From assembly GCA_020846295.1 (NCBI GenBank), contig JADLEF010000371.1, forward strand, positions 4,959 through 68,958: a DNA stretch of 64,000 nucleotides, in the 5' to 3' direction. Positions within the stretch are counted from its first letter, which is position 1. Every line of letters starts with the position of its first letter. The notes beneath the pieces were generated by a model. It had not been told where the DNA came from. It ran no database searches and was given only the letters and a program-made list of their open reading frames with translations. Origin of the DNA: Acidimicrobiales bacterium. GTDB taxonomy: Bacteria; Actinomycetota; Acidimicrobiia; Acidimicrobiales; CAIXPF01. Shown here piece by piece: positions 26,151 through 33,173 of this stretch. Position numbers and translations under genes: made by a program.

Positions 26151-26765
26151 ATGACGTTGCGCCGCACTGCCGCGCTGACCATCGCCCTGACCCTCGCCGG
26201 GGCGCTCACCGCCTGCGGGGGAGACGACGGCGACACCACGCCCGCTGATTCGGCCACCACCGTGGAGGCGACCGAGACCTCCGAGGCGGCCGGCGACGGC
26301 GAGGCGGCCGGGGACGGCGAGGCCGCTGCCGAGGGCGCGGTCGCGGTGGACGGTGCCTGGGCCCGAACCAGCCCGGCCTCGGCGACGAACGGTGCGGCCT
26401 ACATGACGTTGACCGCGTCGGAGGACGACGCCCTCCTCGGCGCCTCGGTGGATGCGTCGATCGCCGCGATGACCCAGGTCCACGAGACCGTCATGGCCGA
26501 GGGCAGCGGCTCCACCATGGCCGGGATGGGCAGCGGCACCGGGTCCACCATGGCGATGGGCGACGGCGCCATGACCATGAAGGAGGTCGAGGAGATCGAG
26601 CTTCCGAAGGGTGAAGCGGTCGAGCTCAAGCCCGGCGGCTACCACATCATGCTCATGGAGCTGGTGAAGCCGCTCGAGAAGGGGACCGAGATCGAGATCA
26701 CGCTGACCTTCGAGAAGGCCGGCGAGCTGAAGGTCAGCGTCCCGGTCCTCGACGCCGCCCCGTGA
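26151..26765 (+). CDS. PCu(A)C-type periplasmic copper chaperone, lipoprotein
   Basis: The lipobox LAGALTAC and PCuAC hallmarks are present (AAYMTLT, VHETVM, MTMKEV, LKPGGYHIMLM). The RBS GAAGGGAAG precedes ATG 26151. The gene contains a Met/Gly/Ser-rich insertion. Confidence 0.8.
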   Translation: MTLRRTAALTIALTLAGALTACGGDDGDTTPADSATTVEATETSEAAGDGEAAGDGEAAAEGAVAVDGAWARTSPASATNGAAYMTLTASEDDALLGASVDASIAAMTQVHETVMAEGSGSTMAGMGSGTGSTMAMGDGAMTMKEVEEIELPKGEAVELKPGGYHIMLMELVKPLEKGTEIEITLTFEKAGELKVSVPVLDAAP

Positions 26766-26769
26766 TCCC

Positions 26770-26792
26770 GTCCCGAGCGTGATGCTCGGGAC
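26770..26792 (+). terminator. Hairpin 5 nt after the PCuAC stop
   Basis: GTCCCGAGC-gtgat-GCTCGGGAC has perfect 9-bp arms. A second imperfect GC-rich hairpin follows at about 26801-26840. Confidence 0.45.
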
Positions 26793-26905
26793 CGAGATCC
26801 GACGGCCGCTGCCTCCGCCCGAACCGGTGGAGGCGGCGGCCGCTGCGCGTGGGGTCTGCGGCGCTTCACCGCACCGGGCCGGAGCCGGCCGGGTGCCCGC
26901 CCGGC

Positions 26906-27472
26906 TCAGGCCGAGCGGAGGCGGCGCAACCCGCGCCGACCGGGACGGTCCTCGACCTCGGGCTGCCCGCCGGCGTCGTCGGCCCGCAGCATGGCGGCCA
27001 GCGCGGCCCGGCCGCGGTGCAACCGGGAACGGACCGTACCAACCGGTACGGAGAGCAGCTCGGCGGCGCCGTCGTAGTCGTACCCGAGCAGGCCGCACAG
27101 CACCAGGACCTCGCGCTGGGCCAGGGGCAACGACTCGAGCATCCCGTAGAGCTCGTGACGCTCGTCGATCGGCGCCGCGGTCTCGAAGTGCTCGGGCAGG
27201 GGGTCCGTCGGCGGAACCTTCTGGGCCAGGTCGATCAGGCAGTTGCGGCAGATGCGCAACAGCCAACCCTCGAACGAGCCCCGGCCGTCGAAGCGATCCC
27301 GAAAGCGCCAGGCGCGCAGGAAGGTCTCCTGCACCGCCTCCTCGGCCATCCAGCGATCGGAGGACAAGGCGCGCGCATAGGCGCTCACCGCCCCGGCGTG
27401 GCGCCGTACCCGTTCGTCGAATTCCCGTTCGTTCACCCAGCCGCCAAAGCGTCGTCGTACGGACCAGATCAC
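26906..27472 (-). CDS. ECF (sigma-70 family group 4) RNA polymerase sigma factor
   Basis: Region 2 (EEAVQETFLRAWRFRDRFDGRGSFEGWLLRICRNCLID) and region 4 (LPLAQREVLVLCGLLGYDYDGAAELLSVPVGTVRSRLHRGR) are present. No anti-sigma gene lies downstream. Confidence 0.88.
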   Translation of the reverse strand: MIWSVRRRFGGWVNEREFDERVRRHAGAVSAYARALSSDRWMAEEAVQETFLRAWRFRDRFDGRGSFEGWLLRICRNCLIDLAQKVPPTDPLPEHFETAAPIDERHELYGMLESLPLAQREVLVLCGLLGYDYDGAAELLSVPVGTVRSRLHRGRAALAAMLRADDAGGQPEVEDRPGRRGLRRLRSA

Positions 27473-27510
27473 CGTAGCGGGTCCGCACGCCGGCTTCGGA
27501 ACGGCCCGCC

Positions 27511-27524
27511 GGGACCTAGGTCCC
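27511..27524. promoter_or_regulatory. Perfect 14-bp palindrome in the sigma / lipoprotein divergent region
   Basis: GGGACCTAGGTCCC, read directly. The half-site GGGACCT recurs at about 27534-27540. Confidence 0.3.
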
Positions 27525-27561
27525 CATGTCGACGGGACCTCGGACCGCGCCGGTTTCCGAG

Positions 27562-27590
27562 GGAACTTTTCGACCTCGGCATCGGTCTAC
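27562..27590 (+). promoter_or_regulatory. ECF-type promoter candidate upstream of the cupredoxin-like lipoprotein operon
   Basis: GGAACTT (27562-27568), a 17-nt spacer ending in CGG, then TCTAC (27586-27590). The in-frame ATG 27596 follows 5 nt later. Confidence 0.5.
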
Positions 27591-27643
27591 CGATCATGGC
27601 AGTGGCGCGTCCGCTCGGGCGCAAGGCGGGGGTTCTCGCGAGC

Positions 27644-28045
27644 ATGCGAATCCGATCGCGGTTCGGTCCATCCGTGTTGAAGCCGGTGTTGGCGTTGGCG
27701 TTGGCGACGGCGTCGTTGAGCGCGTGCGGCGCCGGCGACGACGGGCTGCGGGCGGAGGTGGCGGCCAGCGACGCCGCCGCCGTGCTCGAGGTCGTGATCC
27801 CGGCCGGCACCGGGGAGCGCATGGACCGCGGCGAGGCGGTCGACCTCCTGCCCGCCTCGGAGCTGGAGTTCCATGTCGGCGACGTGCTGCGGATCATCAA
27901 CCGCGACGCGCGGACCCATGTGGTCGGGCCCTTCTCGGTGCTGCCGGGCGAGACGCTGACCCAGCGCTTCAGCGCCGAGGGGACCTACCAGGGCAGCTGC
28001 ACCGTGCACCCCGACGGCGCGGTCGAGCTCCGGGTGCTGCCGTGA
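27644..28045 (+). CDS. Small lipoprotein, cupredoxin-like (putative)
   Basis: The lipobox is ATASLSAC. THVVGPF...GSCTVHP resembles the His...Cys-x2-His ligand spacing of type-1 copper sites. An alternative leaderless start is ATG 27596. Confidence 0.6.
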   Translation: MRIRSRFGPSVLKPVLALALATASLSACGAGDDGLRAEVAASDAAAVLEVVIPAGTGERMDRGEAVDLLPASELEFHVGDVLRIINRDARTHVVGPFSVLPGETLTQRFSAEGTYQGSCTVHPDGAVELRVLP

Positions 28046-29136
28046 CCGGCGCCGGTCGCCGGCTCCCCTTCGCCCTCCTCGTGGCGCTGCTGCTCGCGCT
28101 GGCGGTGGCGGAGCCCGCCGGCGCGGACCCCGCCGGGCCCACCGACTACCTGGGGACCATCGTCGAGATCGATCCGTCGATCGACGGACTGGAGGTCGCC
28201 GTCGTGGGCGGCGATGCGTTCGTGGAGCTCGTCAACCGCACCGGTGCGGTGGTGCACGTGCCCGGTTACGAGAACGAGCCCTACCTCCGCTTCGGGGCCG
28301 ACGGGGTGGTGCAGGAGAACGAGCGGAGCCCGTCCACGGTGCTGAACCGCAACCGCCTCCCCGGCGACGGCGAGGCCCAGGGCGAGGCGCTGGCGGCCAC
28401 CGATGCGACGGCCGAGCCGGCCTGGCGGGTCGTCGCCCGCGATGGTCGCTACCGCTGGCACGACCATCGCACCCACTGGATGAGTCCGCAGCCGCCGCTC
28501 GGCCGGGCCCCGGGGGACATCATCCTCGAGGGCGTCCTGCCGTTGACCGTCGCCGAGCAGGCGGTGTCGGTGCGGGTCGAGGTGCGCTGGGTCGACCCGC
28601 CGCCGCGGTGGCCGGCGGTGCTCGCCGGCGCGGTGGTCGCTGGGTCGCTCGTCACGGCGGCCCTGGTGCTGCGCCGCCGACCGGGATGGGAGCTGGTCGT
28701 CGCGGCGGTCGGCATCGCCGGCGCCGCCGCACTGGCCGCGCTGGTCTCGTGGCGGGAGCGGACCGGGCTGCCGCCGGTCGCCGGCCCACCGGTGGCCCGC
28801 CTGATCCTCGCCGTGGTGGCGATGGTGGCTGCGGCCATCGCCGCGGTGGGCATGGTGCCTCGGGCGGCCCCGAGCCGCTACGGCGGTGTCGGCTTCGCCG
28901 CCCTCGGGCTGCTCGCCGCGCTGGAGCTGGCGGTGTGGGGGTGGCTGCGACGCGGCGGGTTGGCCAAGCCGGTCCTGCCCATCGGCCCGCAGTGGGCTCC
29001 GCTCGACCGGATCAGCGTGGCCACCTCGCTGGTGGTGGCCAGCGCGGCGGCGCTGCTGTTCGCCACGGAGCTGTTCCGCCCACAGTCCGCGCCGGCGAGT
29101 GGTCCCGGCGCGGGTGAGCCCGCCGGATCGGTCTGA
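28042..29136 (+). CDS. Hypothetical membrane-anchored protein (signal peptide, extracytoplasmic domain, C-terminal TM bundle)
   Basis: The GTG start overlaps the upstream stop (GTGA). The signal peptide LLVALLLALAVAEPAGA is followed by the His-rich motif YRWHDHRTHWM and several hydrophobic helices at the C terminus. Confidence 0.65.
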   Translation: MTGAGRRLPFALLVALLLALAVAEPAGADPAGPTDYLGTIVEIDPSIDGLEVAVVGGDAFVELVNRTGAVVHVPGYENEPYLRFGADGVVQENERSPSTVLNRNRLPGDGEAQGEALAATDATAEPAWRVVARDGRYRWHDHRTHWMSPQPPLGRAPGDIILEGVLPLTVAEQAVSVRVEVRWVDPPPRWPAVLAGAVVAGSLVTAALVLRRRPGWELVVAAVGIAGAAALAALVSWRERTGLPPVAGPPVARLILAVVAMVAAAIAAVGMVPRAAPSRYGGVGFAALGLLAALELAVWGWLRRGGLAKPVLPIGPQWAPLDRISVATSLVVASAAALLFATELFRPQSAPASGPGAGEPAGSV

Positions 29137-29148
29137 TCCGGCGGGCTC
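29116..29148. terminator. Perfect 14-bp hairpin spanning the stop codon, between convergent genes
   Basis: GAGCCCGCCGGATC-ggtct-GATCCGGCGGGCTC. TGA 29134-29136 lies at the loop/stem junction. A 15-bp tandem duplication CGAGTGCGGCTCGGy follows at 29157-29186. Confidence 0.5.
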
Positions 29149-29216
29149 GGCTCGGTCGAGTGCGGCTCGGCCGAGTGCGGCTCGGTCGGCAGAGGGCGTG
29201 CCGCGCCCGCTCCCGG

Positions 29217-29927
29217 TCAGGAGGTCGTGGTGGTCGACCCGCTCGGCGAGTCGGGCGCAGTGGGCGCCACAGCGCCGTCCTCGGCGTCGCGGCCCATGCC
29301 GCCATGCCGGCCCATACCGCCCATCCGTCCGCCGCCCATGGTGTCGTCGAGGTGCTCGGTGACCTCGGCGGCGAGCTCCGCCGCCTTGGCATCGGCCTCG
29401 GCCTGGGTCAGCCGTCCTTCGCCGACCGCGGTGGCGAGGCGTTCCTCGGCCGCAGCGACGATGGCGTCCACCACGCTCTGGCGGCTCACCCCGGCGGCGT
29501 CGGCGATGGCGCCGAGCGTCTGACCGGACTGCAGCTCGGCGCGCAGCTCCTCGGCGGTCATGTTCAGCGCCCCGGCGGCGGCGTCGAGGCCGGCGCCCAT
29601 GGCCCCGCGGCCCATGCCGCCATGCATCCCGCCCCGCTCGGGTCGGGCGGTCTCCAGGGCCCCGATCACGGCGTCGGCCTGGGCCTGGGTGATCGTCCCG
29701 TCGCTCACCAGCGAAGCGAGCGCATCGGCCATCCACTGTCGGTGATCGCCACCCGGGCGGGCGGGGTCGGCGGTGGCGTCGGCGGTGGCGACGGGCGAGG
29801 TGGTGGTGCTGCCCTGGGCTCCCGACACGAGGGGGTTGCCGAGCAGGGCGCCGGCGGCGCCGCCGACGAGGAGGGCGCCGCTCAGGCCGGCGGCGGCCAG
29901 GGGGCGACGCAGGTTCGCTCTACGCAT
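29217..29927 (-). CDS. Secreted Met/His/Gly-rich protein (putative metal-binding)
   Basis: ATG 29925-29927 follows an AAAGGGA/GGAGGAA RBS. The signal-like N terminus is MRRANLRRPLAAAGLSGALLVGGAAG. It carries GGMHGGMGRGAMGAG and MGGGRMGGMGRHGGMGRD motifs and two similar helical segments (TQAQADAVIGALE and TQAEADAKAAELAAE). Confidence 0.65.
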   Translation of the reverse strand: MRRANLRRPLAAAGLSGALLVGGAAGALLGNPLVSGAQGSTTTSPVATADATADPARPGGDHRQWMADALASLVSDGTITQAQADAVIGALETARPERGGMHGGMGRGAMGAGLDAAAGALNMTAEELRAELQSGQTLGAIADAAGVSRQSVVDAIVAAAEERLATAVGEGRLTQAEADAKAAELAAEVTEHLDDTMGGGRMGGMGRHGGMGRDAEDGAVAPTAPDSPSGSTTTTS

Positions 29928-30009
29928 GATGTGATCCCTTTCGGTTCCTCCGTGGCAGCCGTCCCGATCGGGCGGCCGTGGAGGGTCGGAGGTCATCCAA
30001 GCGGTGGGG

Positions 30010-30040
30010 GGTAAGAGCTTCGCGGCGCCTTCGGTAAGAG
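30010..30040. promoter_or_regulatory. Direct repeat GGTAAGAG-N15-GGTAAGAG upstream of the Met-rich protein gene
   Basis: The two 8-mers at 30010-30017 and 30033-30040 are spaced 23 bp start to start, in the 164-bp gap upstream of the 29927 start. The geometry is compatible with a winged-helix response-regulator site. Confidence 0.25.
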
Positions 30041-30091
30041 TTCGGCGTGAGCCGAGCCGATCGCGTCTCCGACCGCGCTCCCGACCGGCGC

Positions 30092-30730
30092 TCAGGCCGG
30101 GGCCAGCAACGCCACGAAGTCGTCGCGGGAGACGGGCTCCTCGGCGATGGTGCCGTCGGCCCGTGGCACCTGGGCCGGCTCCTCACCGATCACGAAGGTG
30201 ATCTGGCCCACCCCGGGTTGCGCGGTGAGGGTGAGGACGAGCTGGGCGACGGCGAGGCGCTGCTCGGCGGTGGGCAGATCCAGGAAGCGCTTGTCGAGCT
30301 CGACGGTGGCGACACCGGCGCGGACCTCGACGCTGCGCACGTCCTCGGGCCGCACCGCCGAACGGAAGCCGGTGGCGGGCTCGGTGCGTTCGCTGGCGAT
30401 GGCGTCGACCACCGCGCTGAGCGAGAACGGCCGGCTCAGCTCCCGGGTCATCTCCACGAAGCCGCGCTCGGTGGAGAAGTAGACGACGACCTCGGTGCCG
30501 GTCGGCAGCAGGCCGGTGTCACCGGCGAGCGTGCTGGTCGAGGTGGTCGAGGCGGCCAGGCCGAAGGGCAGCGCGTCGTCGGCGATGACGTGGGCGGTGT
30601 CCTCACCGGGCACCCCGCAGGCGCCGGCGGCCAGGGCGCTCAGCGGCGCCAGTGCGGCGGCCGCCAGCCGGGCCAGTCGGGCGAGGCGGGCGAGGCGGGC
30701 CGACGGGGCGCGGCCCACGAGGGGGCTCAC
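30092..30730 (-). CDS. GerMN-domain lipoprotein (LpqB-like, short)
   Basis: The lipobox is LAAGAC. VVVYFSTERGFVEMTREL...LAVAQLVLTLTAQPGVGQITF resembles GerMN. The start overlaps the kinase stop by 4 nt. Confidence 0.7.
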   Translation of the reverse strand: MSPLVGRAPSARLARLARLARLAAAALAPLSALAAGACGVPGEDTAHVIADDALPFGLAASTTSTSTLAGDTGLLPTGTEVVVYFSTERGFVEMTRELSRPFSLSAVVDAIASERTEPATGFRSAVRPEDVRSVEVRAGVATVELDKRFLDLPTAEQRLAVAQLVLTLTAQPGVGQITFVIGEEPAQVPRADGTIAEEPVSRDDFVALLAPA

Positions 30731-32175
30731 GCCGCCACCCGGGGGAACGTCAGCGTGAAGCGGGCGCCGCCCTCGGGGGAGCGGTCGACCTCGAGGGTGC
30801 CGCCGTGCAGCTTGGCGTGCTCGCGCACGAGCGCCAGCCCCAGGCCCGTGCCGCTGGTGTTGGTGGCGGTGGAGCCGCGGGTGAAGCGGTCGAAGATCAC
30901 CTGCTGCTCCTCATCCGGGATGCCGGGGCCGGCGTCGTCGACGTGCAGGCGCAGCTCGTCGGGCGCGAGGTCGAGGCGGACCCGGACCGGCGCGGCGCCG
31001 TAGCGGTCGGCGTTGTCCAACAGGTTGGTCAGCATCCGCTCGAAGCGCCGCCGGTCGATGAGGGCCCGGGCCGACGCGTCGTCCTCCCCGATGAGCACCT
31101 CGGCGTCGTGGTGGTCGCCGGCGGCGACGACCTTGGTCGCCAGCCACCCCAACGGTGCGGCCTCGAGGTTGACGTCGGCCATCCCGGCGTCGATGCGGCT
31201 GATCTCGAGCAGGTCGAGCACCATCGCCGTGAAGCGTTGGATCTGCCTCGCCATGATGTCGATCGCCTGTTGCGCCGGCGCGGACAGCTCGTCGCGGCGC
31301 CGCACCAACACGTCGGAGGCGGCGGCCAGGGCGGCGAGCGGGGTGCGCAGCTCGTGGCTCACGTCGGACGCGAAGCGCGCCTCGCGCTCGATGCGGGTCT
31401 GGATGGCGTCGGCCATCTCGTTGAACGAGCGCACCAGACGGTGCAGATCGGGGTCCCGCACCGGTGGCAGGCGGGTGTCGAGGCCGCCCCCGGCGAGCGA
31501 CTCGGCGGCGTCGGCCACCCGGGCGACGGGGGAGAGGACCTGGCGGCTCGCCCAGTGGCCGACGCCGGCGGCGCCGAGCACGGTGATCGTCGAACCCGCC
31601 AGCAGCGACAGCGCCATGGCGACGAGGTTGCGGCGCAACTGGTCGAGCGGGAAGACCTCCACGTAGACCGCGTCGGCGGTGCGCAGGTCCACCGCCACCG
31701 CGCTGTAGGGCTGACCGTTGACGACGAAGCGCTGGCGGGCGGTCTGGCCTTCGTTGATGGCCCGGCGCAACGACGGCGGCAGCTGTTCCTCGGACGTGCC
31801 CACGTTGGACCCGAACCACTGACCCTCGTAACGGATCAACGGGAAGGAGCCGGCCTCCGAGCGCAGCGATCCGAGCAACGCGCCGACGTCGGGGTTGGGG
31901 CTGGACAGCACGTCCCGCACGACGCGGGCGTTGGCGTAGCTCTGGCGGGCGGTGAACGCATCGCGCTGGCTCAGCAGGTAGCTGCGCACCAGGCTGTAGG
32001 AGATCACCGAGAGGAGCGCGGTGGCGGCCAGCCCGAGCAGCGCGGCGGCGACGGTGGCGCGAGCCCGCAGGCCGAGCTGGATGCCTCGGAAGCGGCGCCG
32101 TTGTGATGGTGCCGGTTCAGGTGCGCGCGCCGCACCTCGACCGGTGTCTCGATCGGTGGGCGTGGCGGTGAGCAT
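30727..32175 (-). CDS. Two-component sensor histidine kinase
   Basis: Two TM segments flank a sensor domain, followed by HAMP (LVRSFNEMADAI), the H-box FASDVSHELRTPL, the N-box LTNLLDNADRY and G-boxes DDAGPGI and GTGLGLALV. The start ATG 32173-32175 is tentative. Confidence 0.88.
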   Translation of the reverse strand: MLTATPTDRDTGRGAARAPEPAPSQRRRFRGIQLGLRARATVAAALLGLAATALLSVISYSLVRSYLLSQRDAFTARQSYANARVVRDVLSSPNPDVGALLGSLRSEAGSFPLIRYEGQWFGSNVGTSEEQLPPSLRRAINEGQTARQRFVVNGQPYSAVAVDLRTADAVYVEVFPLDQLRRNLVAMALSLLAGSTITVLGAAGVGHWASRQVLSPVARVADAAESLAGGGLDTRLPPVRDPDLHRLVRSFNEMADAIQTRIEREARFASDVSHELRTPLAALAAASDVLVRRRDELSAPAQQAIDIMARQIQRFTAMVLDLLEISRIDAGMADVNLEAAPLGWLATKVVAAGDHHDAEVLIGEDDASARALIDRRRFERMLTNLLDNADRYGAAPVRVRLDLAPDELRLHVDDAGPGIPDEEQQVIFDRFTRGSTATNTSGTGLGLALVREHAKLHGGTLEVDRSPEGGARFTLTFPRVAA

Positions 32176-32380
32176 CGCCACCAGCGTGCCCGCTGCCGGT
32201 GCCCTCCGCCAGGCGCCCGTGGTGCTGACGCGTCGGGCGCGGCGCCAAGCAGGGCTAGGTTGGGCTCGCAGCGGAGGCGGAGCAGGCCCCCGTCGCCGCC
32301 GGGCCGGGTGGCCCGGGCCGCACGGATCCGCCGTCGGGGTGCGGGCCGCGGGAACCGGACAGAAGCAGAGGTGACATCGG

Positions 32381-33067
32381 ATGCTGGCGCGGTTGCTGCT
32401 GATCGAGGACGAGGCGGAGATCCGCACGATGCTCAAGCTCTCGCTCGAGGACGAGGGGTACGTGGTGCACGAGGCGGCCGACGGTCGTTCCGGCCTGGCG
32501 CTGTTCCACGAACACCAGCCCGACCTCGTGCTGCTGGACCTGCGCCTACCCGACATCCGGGGCCTCGACGTGTGTCGGGAGCTGCGGCGCGAGTCGATCG
32601 TGCCCATCATCGTCGTCACCGCGCAGACCGACACCCATGACCTGGTGGCAGGCCTGGAGGCAGGCGCCGACGACTACGTGACCAAGCCGGTGGTGCCCAA
32701 GGCGCTCGCCGCCCGCATCCGGGCGCTGCTGCGCCGGGTCGGCATGCAGGAGCCGGCCGCGCCGTCCACCTCGGCGTTCGGCAACATCGAGCTGCGCGAG
32801 GCGGAAGCGGTGGTGTTGCGCCGGGGTCAGCCGCTGGAGCTGACCAAGACGGAGTTCCGGCTGCTGTGCGAGCTGGCGGCGCAGCCCAACATCGTGCTCA
32901 GCCGTGACCAGCTGCTGGAGAAGGTGTGGGGGTACGACTACCTCGGCGACAGCCGGTTGGTCGACGCCCACGTGCACCGGCTGCGCAACAAGGTGGAGGA
33001 AGATCCGCAGCGGCCTCGCCTCATCGTCACGGTGCGCGGCATCGGCTACAAGCTGATCAAGACCTGA
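32381..33067 (+). CDS. OmpR/PhoB-family response regulator
   Basis: The receiver domain carries LLIEDE, LVLLDLRLPD and TKP. The winged helix carries LTKTEFRLLCELA and VRGIGYKL. Confidence 0.92.
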   Translation: MLARLLLIEDEAEIRTMLKLSLEDEGYVVHEAADGRSGLALFHEHQPDLVLLDLRLPDIRGLDVCRELRRESIVPIIVVTAQTDTHDLVAGLEAGADDYVTKPVVPKALAARIRALLRRVGMQEPAAPSTSAFGNIELREAEAVVLRRGQPLELTKTEFRLLCELAAQPNIVLSRDQLLEKVWGYDYLGDSRLVDAHVHRLRNKVEEDPQRPRLIVTVRGIGYKLIKT

Positions 33068-33173
33068 CGACCGGCGGCCCAGGGCCGACCTGGCGCGAAT
33101 TCCGGACAAAGTTGATCGGGATTATCGGCTTTGGGCTAGGGTGTGGGTCCCGACCTGCACCGAGGAGCACCCC

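Noticed and set aside
33112-33142. A possible sigma-70 promoter TTGATC-N19-TAGGGT upstream of cysH.
   Set aside because: The 19-nt spacer is too long and the -10 element is weak. It is not reported as a feature.
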